64,000 nucleotides of DNA, taken from assembly GCA_949358305.1 (NCBI GenBank), contig OX442314.1, positions 7,874,001 to 7,938,000 of the forward strand, read 5' to 3'. Within the stretch, counting starts at the first letter, position 1. Each line of letters starts with the position of its first letter. This document shows, in pieces, positions 23,329 through 37,800 of this stretch. The stretch comes from Strigamia acuminata. Lineage: Eukaryota. The translations under genes were made by a program, and so were the position numbers. The notes below the pieces were generated by a model. It was not told where the DNA came from. It saw only the letters and a program-made list of their open reading frames with translations, and made no database searches.

Positions 23329-26300
23329 TTAATAGTCAAACATGTCGTTTTGCGAGTTGACGACGAATTCGTCGACGGTGGGTTCCGTCTTTAGCTTTTC
23401 GACGCCGTAATTGCTTTGCCACGAACATATCGACGCGAGGAAACTTTCGTCTTCGTTTCCGTTTAACGTTTCTTGCGTGAGCTTTTTCTTCATGTCGCCA
23501 TTTTTCCTTCTTTTTTTATTTTCCTTCTCGTTTTCGCGTCGCCGCTTCAATTTGCATTGCGTCGAATCGTCTTCGTCTTCGTTTCGTTTTCGTTTCTTTT
23601 CCTTCCCCTTGTTACTCGCCGCATTATCATCCTCGACAACATTTTCCTCGTTTCCGTCTCGTTTTTTCCGTTTCCTGTGCTTCTCGTGGTCGGATCCGTC
23701 CGTTTCGTTCCCGTTTCCGTGTTTCCGCTTCCCCTTTTTACATTTTTCCACCTCCTTTTCCTCCTGCCGACGTTTCTTCGCCTTTTTTTGACTTTTTTCG
23801 ACTACGGGGCTCTTGAGAACCTCCAAACAATCGCCCACCGACGACCGCAAATTCGCTAACTCGTCGTCCTCCTCGCTCGACGCGAACGTCACGTCCATCT
23901 GGGGTATGGAATACCCGTCACCGTTCGTACAGACGCTCAAATCGTGGCAAACTTGGACCAATTCGAGCGGGTCGTGGAACAAAGTGACTTCGCAGCCCGA
24001 CAGCCGCTGGCCGGGCTCGAATTGCTCGCAGTAGACGCCATTTTGATTTTCCGGCGTAAATACGTGGTTGTAATGAATGAAGTTGGTGTCGCTGTTTAAA
24101 TTTTCGTCGCCGAGGACCATGACTGGTGTTTCGTCGTCGTTGTCGTTGTGGTGGTTAATTGCGACTATTCCGCTGAATTCGGGTGTTTCGGCGCTTTGGT
24201 CGAGGATTGTGGTGTTGTAGGCCGAGTCGTCGGTTGGTTTGTTTTCGTGTTCGTCTTCGTCGAGATCTGATCTGTCCAGTTTGAGGAATAATTCCAAAAT
24301 GGAGTCGAGTTTGACGAGGTGTTTTTCGTGGTGTCGGGAAAGTTTGCGCCGAACTTTCTTGGTGTATTCGTTTTCTGGAAATAATATGGTTTTTAAATGT
24401 TTTCGTTTGTGCAAAAATGAAATTTTTTGTGCAAAAATGAAATTTTTTGTGCAAAAATGACTTTTTTTGGCGTAAAAATGGCTCTTGAATAATACTAAAA
24501 ATGGCATTTTTTGGTGTAACATGACATTTTTTTGCTGTAAAATGGCATTCTTTTGTGCAAAAATGCATCATTTAATGCAAAAATGCATCGTTTAATGCAA
24601 AAATGCATCGTTTAATGCAAAAATGCATCATTTAATGCAAAAATGCATCATTTAATGCAAAAATGCATCATTTAATGCAAAAATGCATCATTTAATGTAA
24701 AAATGCATCATTTAATGCAAAATTTCTTCACTTTTTTTTTTGCATCTTTGGTGCAAAATTAATTTTTTGGTGTATTTTTGGTTCAAAAATGCATTTTTTG
24801 ATGGATAAATCGATCCATTTGGTGCCAAATGCAGAAACATAAAAAAAAAAAATATTATTATACCTGTATTTGTCAAAGACATGAAAACCACCGCCTTGTT
24901 AAGAAACAAATCCGCTCTTTCCACACTTTTAATCTTCACTTCCTTCAACACAAAATGGAATTCGGGCCACCATTCGGACCTGCCCCTCCACAACTCTCCC
25001 AACTTCTTAAACTCCGCTCGAACCGGACTAAAAAAAAAACATAAAAAACATAAACAAACAAACAAACAAACAAACAAATAATAATTTCCTTCACACACAA
25101 TTGATACAAATTCAATATCCGATTTGCAAAAATATTCCACGCCGACGCGTCATTCCTCCACTGCGGATGATCGATCATATTAAAATACGACTCCAGCTCC
25201 AAACAGTTATTCGTCGACCTCAACAACGAAGGAAAATCGAAAATCCTTCTATCACATGGTTTCACCAGTTGCAATTTCTAAAAAAAATTAAAAAATTAAA
25301 AATTAAAATAAAATTTTATTTTTATGCAATAAAAAGCCGAAATTGGCTATATATAAATGCATATTTTCCGAAAATCAGTAATAAATGCATAAATCGCCAT
25401 TTTTGCATAAATAATTTTTTTGTCACCTTTAATGTGGTCACCAACAACGTCCTGAGATGTTTAAAATGTTTACGGACGAAATCGTAAAAGAAAATATACG
25501 CGTTTGGATTCAACGGGTTCGATTTGCAGTAATTATGCAACGTGACGATCGCTTTTTCTTTCCTATCGCAAAATTCCATCAACTAAATTCATAATTAATA
25601 ATAAAATAAAATTATTCTCAATGTTTTCGATTTTTTTTATTTCGATTTCCAACCTCGAGATACTTCGAAACGAACATATCCCAATTGCCGGGCTCCTGAA
25701 ACAGCGCTTCGAACATCTCGATCGCGTTGTTTGCCAAACTTCCACGCTCGTGGATCTGTAAACGCGTTTGTCGTTCTTGCGAATCTAAAAAAACAAAAAA
25801 ATCAGTTAAATCGATTCAATGTGAATGAAATCGACTTACATATGTCGTCGTCTTCTTTTTGTCCGATTCCTTCTTCGCTGGTCACCCAATCGATGTATTT
25901 ACACAGCGCTTTGTAAGCTTTGAGTATGGTAAACACATGTTTTTGTTTTTCGTTCAGTTTGGGAATGAAAATTTTCTTTAAAACGGTTTCGTCCTGTGAA
26001 AAAATGATTGAAATTATTAAAAATTGCGATTTTGGGGTTCGGAAATGAGAAAAATGAGATAAATTACTTCAATTATTTGTTTGGCGGTTAGGAAATCGCC
26101 GTTTATTAGCAGCACCATTACGTTTTTCAGAATGGACGCCGGGTGGAAGACTTTGTCCATTCTGGCCATCGAACTGAAACGAGCAAAATTTAAAAAAATT
26201 TATAAATATTGAAAATTATGGGGAAAAAATTACGCACTTTGAAAATTGATTTAATAATTCGTGATTCGATTTAGAATGATTGCAAAATACTTGAAATCCA

Positions 26301-26499
26301 GCCTGTAATTAAGCAGGAAAAGATCGTAAATGTTTAAGATGACGTATAATTTAGTTTTTCACCATTGCTATTATCTCGGAAGTGCGATCCGTTTCGTATG
26401 TTAACGCGTTTAATATTTTCGCGGCGGCTTTCCACCGATGACAAACGATGGTTTCCTTCAACATGGCAATTTGTCTTTGAGACCAAAGCGTTAACGGCC
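23329..26499 (-). CDS. TAF1A: TAF1A copy lacking exons 1-2 (diverged type B)
   Basis: Exons 26499-26363, 26302-26238, 26173-26068, 25993-25840, 25784-25654, 25582-25427, 25277-25099, 25027-24864, 24374-23329. Exons 3-10 equal type A in length; exon 11 is 15 nt shorter, in frame. Confidence 0.75.
24559..24720. repeat. 20-bp minisatellite AAAAATGCATCATTTAATGC, ~8 copies, in type-B intron 10
   Basis: Direct reading; a single copy in type A (~5255-5273). Repeated in the other B units. Confidence 0.9.
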
Positions 26500-29400
26500 C
26501 TAAAATCAAACAAAAATAGTAAAAAATCATAAAAAACGTCAAAAAAAAGTAAAAAAATATATTAAAAACGTCAAAAAAAGTAAAAATATATATGAAAAAA
26601 GTCGAAAAATGTTTAAAAATAACAAAAAAAAGTCTAAAAATATTTTAAAAACTTCTAAAAATGTAAAAATATTTTAAAAACTTCTAAAAATGTAAAAATA
26701 TTTTAAAAACTTCTAAAAATGTAAAAATATTTTAAGTACGTCTAAAAATATCAAGAAATGTCAAAAAAGTTTCAAAATATCAAAAAACGTCTGAAAATAT
26801 CAAAAAACGTCTGAAAATATCAAAAAACGTCTGAAAATATCAAAAAACGTCTGAAAACATCAAAAAACGTCTGAAAATATCAAAAAACGTCTCAAAATAT
26901 ATTAAAAACGTCTAACAATATATTAAAGACGTTGGGTTAGGTTAGGTAAAGGCACGTTAGGTTAGGTTACGTTACGTTAGGTTAAGGGCACGTTAGGTTA
27001 GGGCACGTTAGGCTACAATTTTGTTCAAAAATGTCAAAAATTTTAGAAACTTTTAGAAATTTGACAAAAGTTTGTAGAAGTTTGGCAAAAATTTGTGGAA
27101 AAAAAGGCCAAAACTGGAGGAAAAGGCAAACTTTAGGGGAAAAAAAGGCAAAAATTGACAAAAATTTGGAGAAAAAAAAGGCAAATGTTGGGGAAACAAG
27201 GCAATATTTGAAAAAAATTGGACAAGTTTGACAAAAGAAATTGTAGAAATTTGACAAAAAAAAATTGACAAAATATTGACAAGATTTCGCGAGTTTGTTC
27301 AACATTTTATTGTTTGATATTTCATCATATTTCGCGTTTTGAATGAAAATGAAAATTTAGCACCAAACAGGGAGAATGATTTACCGCACGAGGACAAAAT
27401 CAATTGAAACTCAGTTGAAAAATGGTAAAATTTCACAAAATTTTCAGTAAAAATTCGCAAAACTACAAAATTTTATTGAAAAAAACCCAGAACTTGAGAA
27501 AATTTTATTGAAAAATCCCAAAACTTGAGAAAATTTCATTGAAAAATCCCAAAACTGGAGAAAATTTTATTGAAAAATCCGAAAACATGAGAAAATTTTA
27601 TTGAAATATCCCAAAACTTGAGAAACTTTTATTGAAAAATCCCAAAACTTGAGAAAATTTCATTGAAAAATCCGAAAACATGAGAAAATTTTATTGAAAA
27701 ATCCGAAAACATGAGAAAATTTTATTGAAATATCCCAAAACTTGAGAAACTTTTATTGAAAAATCCCAAAACTTGAGAAAATTTCAGTAGCTGCATTCAA
27801 AAATAAAAATAACAATTTTAGTTTAAGTGTATTTTAAGTTTTAACATGGGTTTAAACAAGAAATGATGTCATTTTTGGTTTAAAATGGAAGTAAAACACA
27901 AAATATTTTAGTTTTTGAATGCAGCTAGCAAAAAAAAATGATAAAACACTTCAAATTTCCAACAAATCTCATAAAATTCCCCAACGTCCCCAATGAATTG
28001 GCTCAAACACAATAAATAAATAAATAAACACAATAAATACAATAAAAAATACAATAAATACTTTATTATGTGCTCATTTATCCGGACTAAAAACAACATC
28101 AAACAACACATTTCAATTCTAGTAGTGAACCGCCGAGTCGAGTGTGATCACGCTCAACAATCACAATTCACAACAATTCGCGATTCAAAATGGCTCCTAA
28201 CCATAACTCACTCGCTCGAGCTCCTCGATCAGTCCTCACCCGACCCAGTCTCATTATGAAATGGCATAATCCTGTGCAAGCCACTCGCCCTTATATCACC
28301 TAGACTATATATAGTAGTAGTACAGATACATAAAGACCTATACTTATAGTATAATAATATAATGTTTTGTACATAAGTAAATATTTCTAGGCTTAAGTTT
28401 AACATGCAATTGCATGTTAATCTGGGAACAAGTAGAGAATGTGACGTTTTCAATACTGCTCCAAGATCATTACATCATCAGATCAGCTTTTAAAAAGTCC
28501 CTACAATGGATACCCTCAAACCCTCACTTGTCAGACATCAAATTGAACAAATGCAACGAGCGGAACCATCAAGAAAATCCACATCGCCAAAGCCGAAGTT
28601 AGGAGACGATTTAGTTCTCGAATTGGAATGAACAACTAATTAATCAGTATCCCTTCATTTATTATTTTCTAATTAATTTCAATTTTTGAGTGCTTTATCA
28701 AACTGCCAATCGGACGAATCGTGTGCAAAACAAATCAGCGAATTCCATGATTCCAGTTCTCTATTATATCGTTTAATCGTTCTGACAAATGTGTATATAT
28801 ATATATATAAGATTTATCAAGTTGTATCGTTTTCTTCCTTGCAAAAATCGTGCCTGCGTAATTCAAAGTGTCTTCCAAACGTTTTATTTCTCTGTAGTTT
28901 CTAGAATTTGATAAAAATCAAAGAAAATTTATAAATCGAAAAATAATTTTCGTTTTTTAATTTTTATTTCCATAATTACAATCACATTTACACCAAAACG
29001 TCGTTTTAAAGTCAAACATGTCGTTTTACGACTATTCCGCTGAATTCGGGTGTTTCGACGCTTTGGTCGAGGATTGTGGTGTTGTAGGCCGAGTCGTCGG
29101 TTGGTTTGTTTTCGTGTTCGTCTTCGTCGAGATCTGATGTGTCCAGTTTGAGGAATAATTCCAAAATGGAGTCGAGTTTGACGAGGTGTTTTTCGTGGTG
29201 TCGGGAAAGTTTGCGCCGAACTTTCTTGGGTGTACCGGTATTCGTTTTCTGGAAATAGTATGGTTTTTAAATGTTTTCGTTTGTGCAAAAATGAAATTTT
29301 TTGTGCAAAAATGAAATTTTTTGTGCAAAAATGAAATTTTTTGTGCAAAAATGAAATTTTTTGTGCAAAAATGAAATTTTTTGTGCAAAAATGAAATTTT

Positions 29401-30478
29401 TTGTGCAAAAATGAAATTTTTTGTGCAAAAATGAAATTTTTTGTGCAAAAATGAAATTTTTTGTGCAAAAATGAAATTTTTTGTGCAAAAATGAAATTTT
29501 TTGTGCAAAAATGAAATTTTTTGTGCAAAAATGAAATTTTTTGTGCAAAAATGAAATTTTTTGTGCAAAAATGAAATTTTTTGTGCAAAAGTAGGGGGTT
29601 TGTGGCAGTCCTGGACCAGGTGGTTGGTGGTGAGGGGGGTGGGGGTGGTGAGGGGTAAGTGGGGGAGGAGATAAGGGGTGGGGGAGATAAGGGGAGGGAG
29701 AGATAAGAGGAGGGATAAGTGGGGGATGACTAATTGCTTCAATCAATCAGTCTTATCATTCGATCAATGTGTCCTAGGCTATGATTTGTTATTGTTGTTT
29801 TTCTTTACTTAAGTACCTTGTTATTGTTTTTCCCATCTTTTGTCTCTGCTTTGAAATAAAGTACCTTGTTGTTATTTTTCTCAATTTATCTCCAATCTTC
29901 AAAGACTACTTTTAACCAAAGGAGGGATATTATTGGCTAGACTTCTTAACCAATAGGAAACTAGTATTGTATATATACTTGCAATGTCCTACACACTTCT
30001 CTTCTCTTCTTGCAAGTGCTTGGTACTGTTTGAGTCATGGAATTTAACCACATCCACTCTGAATTTGAAGAGTTGCTTATGGAAATTGAAGAATCTCTCT
30101 TTCCTCAAGTAAACATGCCCAATCCTCTACCGGATGTTGATGAAGAAAATGGTTACAATGATTCTCCACGTTGGATTTATAATCATTCTCCCATTTTTCT
30201 ACTCTCACCACCTACCATCATCAACCAGTCTCAACATGTGCCATCTCCAACCATCATCAACCAGTCTCAACTTGTGTCATCTCCAACCTGCGTCATCCAA
30301 TCTCAACCTGCGTCATCTCAATCATGCAATCCATTGTTACCATGTGAGTCTCCAGTTCCTGTTTACCACTACCAATCAAATTTGCACCAAGCAGGAACAA
30401 GCAACACAATCAATCCCCCATCTCCTATGACACTAGTGCAACAAATTGGAGGTGGACAGAAAGTACATTCGTGTGAGT

Positions 30479-30714
30479 ACTGTCATCGACATAAGAGTCA
30501 AAGAAGGCGACAAGGTACAAACAACATACTAATTTTCTTTCAAAATTTCTAAAATTCTTTTTCGCAGGTTGAAAAAGGCGCACCGATGGTCGTCCTCAGC
30601 GCCATAAAAATGGAAATGGTGGTCCAAGCGCCCATGAGTGGAACCATCAAGAAAATCCACATCGCCAAAGACATGAAACTCGAAGGAGACGACTTAGTTC
30701 TCGAATTGGAATGA
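30479..30714 (+). pseudogene. PC: Pyruvate carboxylase 3' fragment (AIKM)
   Basis: Copy of 22151-22386. Confidence 0.9.
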
Positions 30715-30871
30715 ACAACTAATTAATCAGTATCCCTTCATTTATTTTCTAATTAATTTCAATTTTTGACTGCTTTATCAAACTGCCAATCGGACGAATC
30801 GTGTGCAAAACAAATCAGCGAATTCCATGATTCCAGTTCTCTATTATATCGTTTTGACAAATGTGTATATA

Positions 30872-31453
30872 CAGGGTGTATCAGAATTCATGTTACACAG
30901 AAATAGGGAGTATAGAAAGGGACCAGGAGATCACGTTTCCACAAATCAAAAATTCCAAAAAAAATTTCCCATTTTGTTACAACCCCAAAAACAATGGAAG
31001 ATTTCAAATATCGCGCCTCACGCATATCGCCAACATTTGCCAGGTTAAAGCGTAATTCTCAAATAAAAAGACACAAACGGTAGCCAACAGCAGAAGTTTA
31101 TTACAAGAAATGTTCTACATGTCCAACATGTGCGTCAATGCACAGCTTGGTAAATAATTTAAGGAAATTAATCTTTTACATAAATGATTTGTTTTAGTTT
31201 TCCCGAATTTATGGTTTTTTTTTGTGATTCTTTAACATTAAAATGATAGATTTGTATCTTTTTATTTGAGAATTGCGCTAAAACCTGGCAAATTTGGGCG
31301 ATATGCGTGACGCGATATTTGAAATCTTCCATTGTTTTTGGGGTTGTAACCATGTGGGAAATTTTTTTGGAATTTTTGATTAGTGGAAATGTGATCTCCT
31401 GGTCCCCCTCTATACCCTCTGTTTCTGTGTAACATGAATTCTGATACACCCTG
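30872..31453. mobile_element. Tc1/mariner-type MITE
   Basis: Copy of 22544-23125, duplicated with its unit. Confidence 0.93.
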
Positions 31454-31656
31454 TATATAAGATTTTATCAAGTTGTATCGTTTTCTTCCTTGCAAAAATC
31501 GTGCCTACGTAATTCAAAGTGTCTTCCAAACGTTTTATTTCTCTGTAGTTTCTAGAATTTGATAAAAATCAAAGAAAATTTATAATTCGAAAAATATATT
31601 TCGTTTTTTAATGTTTATTTCCATAATTACAATCACATTTACACCAAAACGTCGTT

Positions 31657-34600
31657 TTAATAGTCAAACATGTCGTTTTGCGAGTTGACGACGAATTCGT
31701 CGACGGTGGGTTCCGTCTTTAGCTTTTCGACGCCGTAATTGCTTTGCCACGAACATATCGACGCGAGGAAACTTTCGTCTTCGTTTCCGTTTAACGTTTC
31801 TTGCGTGAGCTTTTTCTTCATGTCGCCATTTTTCCTTCTTTTTTTATTTTCCTTCTCGTTTTCGCGTCGCCGCTTCAATTTGCATTGCGTCGAATCGTCT
31901 TCGTCTTCGTTTCGTTTTCGTTTCTTTTCCTTCCCCTTGTTACTCGCCGCATTATCATCCTCGACAACATTTTCCTCGTTTCCGTCTCGTTTTTTCCGTT
32001 TCCTGTGCTTCTCGTGGTCGGATCCGTCCGTTTCGTTCCCGTTTCCGTGTTTCCGCTTCCCCTTTTTACATTTTTCCACCTCCTTTTCCTCCTGCCGACG
32101 TTTCTTCGCCTTTTTTTGACTTTTTTCGACTACGGGGCTCTTGAGAACCTCCAAACAATCGCCCACCGACGACCGCAAATTCGCTAACTCGTCGTCCTCC
32201 TCGCTCGACGCGAACGTCACGTCCATCTGGGGTATGGAATACCCGTCACCGTTCGTACAGACGCTCAAATCGTGGCAAACTTGGACCAATTCGAGCGGGT
32301 CGTGGAACAAAGTGACTTCGCAGCCCGACAGCCGCTGGCCGGGCTCGAATTGCTCGCAGTAGACGCCATTTTGATTTTCCGGCGTAAATACGTGGTTGTA
32401 ATGAATGAAGTTGGTGTCGCTGTTTAAATTTTCGTCGCCGAGGACCATGACTGGTGTTTCGTCGTCGTTGTCGTTGTGGTGGTTAATTGCGACTATTCCG
32501 CTGAATTCGGGTGTTTCGGCGCTTTGGTCGAGGATTGTGGTGTTGTAGGCCGAGTCGTCGGTTGGTTTGTTTTCGTGTTCGTCTTCGTCGAGATCTGATC
32601 TGTCCAGTTTGAGGAATAATTCCAAAATGGAGTCGAGTTTGACGAGGTGTTTTTCGTGGTGTCGGGAAAGTTTGCGCCGAACTTTCTTGGTGTATTCGTT
32701 TTCTGGAAATAATATGGTTTTTAAATGTTTTCGTTTGTGCAAAAATGAAATTTTTTGTGCAAAAATGAAATTTTTTGTGCAAAAATGACTTTTTTTGGCG
32801 TAAAAATGGCTCTTGAATAATACTAAAAATGGCATTTTTTGGTGTAACATGACATTTTTTTGCTGTAAAATGGCATTCTTTTGTGCAAAAATGCATCATT
32901 TAATGCAAAAATGCATCGTTTAATGCAAAAATGCATCGTTTAATGCAAAAATGCATCATTTAATGCAAAAATGCATCATTTAATGCAAAAATGCATCATT
33001 TAATGCAAAAATGCATCATTTAATGTAAAAATGCATCATTTAATGCAAAATTTCTTCACTTTTTTTTTTGCATCTTTGGTGCAAAATTAATTTTTTGGTG
33101 TATTTTTGGTTCAAAAATGCATTTTTTGATGGATAAATCGATCCATTTGGTGCCAAATGCAGAAACATAAAAAAAAAAAATATTATTATACCTGTATTTG
33201 TCAAAGACATGAAAACCACCGCCTTGTTAAGAAACAAATCCGCTCTTTCCACACTTTTAATCTTCACTTCCTTCAACACAAAATGGAATTCGGGCCACCA
33301 TTCGGACCTGCCCCTCCACAACTCTCCCAACTTCTTAAACTCCGCTCGAACCGGACTAAAAAAAAAACATAAAAAACATAAACAAACAAACAAACAAACA
33401 AACAAATAATAATTTCCTTCACACACAATTGATACAAATTCAATATCCGATTTGCAAAAATATTCCACGCCGACGCGTCATTCCTCCACTGCGGATGATC
33501 GATCATATTAAAATACGACTCCAGCTCCAAACAGTTATTCGTCGACCTCAACAACGAAGGAAAATCGAAAATCCTTCTATCACATGGTTTCACCAGTTGC
33601 AATTTCTAAAAAAAATTAAAAAATTAAAAATTAAAATAAAATTTTATTTTTATGCAATAAAAAGCCGAAATTGGCTATATATAAATGCATATTTTCCGAA
33701 AATCAGTAATAAATGCATAAATCGCCATTTTTGCATAAATAATTTTTTTGTCACCTTTAATGTGGTCACCAACAACGTCCTGAGATGTTTAAAATGTTTA
33801 CGGACGAAATCGTAAAAGAAAATATACGCGTTTGGATTCAACGGGTTCGATTTGCAGTAATTATGCAACGTGACGATCGCTTTTTCTTTCCTATCGCAAA
33901 ATTCCATCAACTAAATTCATAATTAATAATAAAATAAAATTATTCTCAATGTTTTCGATTTTTTTTATTTCGATTTCCAACCTCGAGATACTTCGAAACG
34001 AACATATCCCAATTGCCGGGCTCCTGAAACAGCGCTTCGAACATCTCGATCGCGTTGTTTGCCAAACTTCCACGCTCGTGGATCTGTAAACGCGTTTGTC
34101 GTTCTTGCGAATCTAAAAAAACAAAAAAATCAGTTAAATCGATTCAATGTGAATGAAATCGACTTACATATGTCGTCGTCTTCTTTTTGTCCGATTCCTT
34201 CTTCGCTGGTCACCCAATCGATGTATTTACACAGCGCTTTGTAAGCTTTGAGTATGGTAAACACATGTTTTTGTTTTTCGTTCAGTTTGGGAATGAAAAT
34301 TTTCTTTAAAACGGTTTCGTCCTGTGAAAAAATGATTGAAATTATTAAAAATTGCGATTTTGGGGTTCGGAAATGAGAAAAATGAGATAAATTACTTCAA
34401 TTATTTGTTTGGCGGTTAGGAAATCGCCGTTTATTAGCAGCACCATTACGTTTTTCAGAATGGACGCCGGGTGGAAGACTTTGTCCATTCTGGCCATCGA
34501 ACTGAAACGAGCAAAATTTAAAAAAATTTATAAATATTGAAAATTATGGGGAAAAAATTACGCACTTTGAAAATTGATTTAATAATTCGTGATTCGATTT

Positions 34601-34827
34601 AGAATGATTGCAAAATACTTGAAATCCAGCCTGTAATTAAGCAGGAAAAGATCGTAAATGTTTAAGATGACGTATAATTTAGTTTTTCACCATTGCTATT
34701 ATCTCGGAAGTGCGATCCGTTTCGTATGTTAACGCGTTTAATATTTTCGCGGCGGCTTTCCACCGATGACAAACGATGGTTTCCTTCAACATGGCAATTT
34801 GTCTTTGAGACCAAAGCGTTAACGGCC
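31657..34827 (-). CDS. TAF1A: TAF1A copy lacking exons 1-2 (type B)
   Basis: Same as 23329-26499 shifted by +8328. Confidence 0.75.
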
Positions 34828-37800
34828 CTAAAATCAAACAAAAATAGTAAAAAATCATAAAAAACGTCAAAAAAAAGTAAAAAAATATATTAAAAACGTC
34901 AAAAAAAGTAAAAATATATATGAAAAAAGTCGAAAAATGTTTAAAAATAACAAAAAAAAGTCTAAAAATATTTTAAAAACTTCTAAAAATGTAAAAATAT
35001 TTTAAAAACTTCTAAAAATGTAAAAATATTTTAAAAACTTCTAAAAATGTAAAAATATTTTAAGTACGTCTAAAAATATCAAGAAATGTCAAAAAAGTTT
35101 CAAAATATCAAAAAACGTCTGAAAATATCAAAAAACGTCTGAAAATATCAAAAAACGTCTGAAAATATCAAAAAACGTCTGAAAACATCAAAAAACGTCT
35201 GAAAATATCAAAAAACGTCTCAAAATATATTAAAAACGTCTAACAATATATTAAAGACGTTGGGTTAGGTTAGGTAAAGGCACGTTAGGTTAGGTTACGT
35301 TACGTTAGGTTAAGGGCACGTTAGGTTAGGGCACGTTAGGCTACAATTTTGTTCAAAAATGTCAAAAATTTTAGAAACTTTTAGAAATTTGACAAAAGTT
35401 TGTAGAAGTTTGGCAAAAATTTGTGGAAAAAAAGGCCAAAACTGGAGGAAAAGGCAAACTTTAGGGGAAAAAAAGGCAAAAATTGACAAAAATTTGGAGA
35501 AAAAAAAGGCAAATGTTGGGGAAACAAGGCAATATTTGAAAAAAATTGGACAAGTTTGACAAAAGAAATTGTAGAAATTTGACAAAAAAAAATTGACAAA
35601 ATATTGACAAGATTTCGCGAGTTTGTTCAACATTTTATTGTTTGATATTTCATCATATTTCGCGTTTTGAATGAAAATGAAAATTTAGCACCAAACAGGG
35701 AGAATGATTTACCGCACGAGGACAAAATCAATTGAAACTCAGTTGAAAAATGGTAAAATTTCACAAAATTTTCAGTAAAAATTCGCAAAACTACAAAATT
35801 TTATTGAAAAAAACCCAGAACTTGAGAAAATTTTATTGAAAAATCCCAAAACTTGAGAAAATTTCATTGAAAAATCCCAAAACTGGAGAAAATTTTATTG
35901 AAAAATCCGAAAACATGAGAAAATTTTATTGAAATATCCCAAAACTTGAGAAACTTTTATTGAAAAATCCCAAAACTTGAGAAAATTTCATTGAAAAATC
36001 CGAAAACATGAGAAAATTTTATTGAAAAATCCGAAAACATGAGAAAATTTTATTCAAATATCCCAAAACTTGAGAAACTTTTATTGAAAAATCCCAAAAC
36101 TTGAGAAAATTTCAGTAGCTGCATTCAAAAATAAAAATAACAATTTTAGTTTAAGTGTATTTTAAGTTTTAACATGGGTTTAAACAAGAAATGATGTCAT
36201 TTTTGGTTTAAAATGGAAGTAAAACACAAAATATTTTAGTTTTTGAATGCAGCTAGCAAAAAAAAATGATAAAACACTTCAAATTTCCAACAAATCTCAT
36301 AAAATTCCCCAACGTCCCCAATGAATTGGCTCAAACACAATAAATAAATAAATAAACACAATAAATACAATAAAAAATACAATAAATACTTTATTATGTG
36401 CTCATTTATCCGGACTAAAAACAACATCAAACAACACATTTCAATTCTAGTAGTGAACCGCCGAGTCGAGTGTGATCACGCTCAACAATCACAATTCACA
36501 ACAATTCGCGATTCAAAATGGCTCCTAACCATAACTCACTCGCTCGAGCTCCTCGATCAGTCCTCACCCGACCCAGTCTCATTATGAAATGGCATAATCC
36601 TGTGCAAGCCACTCGCCCTTATATCACCTAGACTATATATAGTAGTAGTACAGATACATAAAGACCTATACTTATAGTATAATAATATAATGTTTTGTAC
36701 ATAAGTAAATATTTCTAGGCTTAAGTTTAACATGCAATTGCATGTTAATCTGGGAACAAGTAGAGAATGTGACGTTTTCAATACTGCTCCAAGATCATTA
36801 CATCATCAGATCAGCTTTTAAAAAGTCCCTACAATGGATACCCTCAAACCCTCACTTGTCAGACATCAAATTGAACAAATGCAACGAGCGGAACCATCAA
36901 GAAAATCCACATCGCCAAAGCCGAAGTTAGGAGACGATTTAGTTCTCGAATTGGAATGAACAACTAATTAATCAGTATCCCTTCATTTATTATTTTCTAA
37001 TTAATTTCAATTTTTGAGTGCTTTATCAAACTGCCAATCGGACGAATCGTGTGCAAAACAAATCAGCGAATTCCATGATTCCAGTTCTCTATTATATCGT
37101 TTAATCGTTCTGACAAATGTGTATATATATATATATAAGATTTATCAAGTTGTATCGTTTTCTTCCTTGCAAAAATCGTGCCTGCGTAATTCAAAGTGTC
37201 TTCCAAACGTTTTATTTCTCTGTAGTTTCTAGAATTTGATAAAAATCAAAGAAAATTTATAAATCGAAAAATAATTTTCGTTTTTTAATTTTTATTTCCA
37301 TAATTACAATCACATTTACACCAAAACGTCGTTTTAAAGTCAAACATGTCGTTTTACGACTATTCCGCTGAATTCGGGTGTTTCGACGCTTTGGTCGAGG
37401 ATTGTGGTGTTGTAGGCCGAGTCGTCGGTTGGTTTGTTTTCGTGTTCGTCTTCGTCGAGATCTGATGTGTCCAGTTTGAGGAATAATTCCAAAATGGAGT
37501 CGAGTTTGACGAGGTGTTTTTCGTGGTGTCGGGAAAGTTTGCGCCGAACTTTCTTGGGTGTACCGGTATTCGTTTTCTGGAAATAGTATGGTTTTTAAAT
37601 GTTTTCGTTTGTGCAAAAATGAAATTTTTTGTGCAAAAATGAAATTTTTTGTGCAAAAATGAAATTTTTTGTGCAAAAATGAAATTTTTTGTGCAAAAAT
37701 GAAATTTTTTGTGCAAAAATGAAATTTTTTGTGCAAAAATGAAATTTTTTGTGCAAAAATGAAATTTTTTGTGCAAAAATGAAATTTTTTGTGCAAAAAT

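Noticed and set aside
23329..24522. 397-aa single-exon protein
   Set aside because: Its N-terminus is intronic minisatellite; the true acceptor is at 24375-24376.
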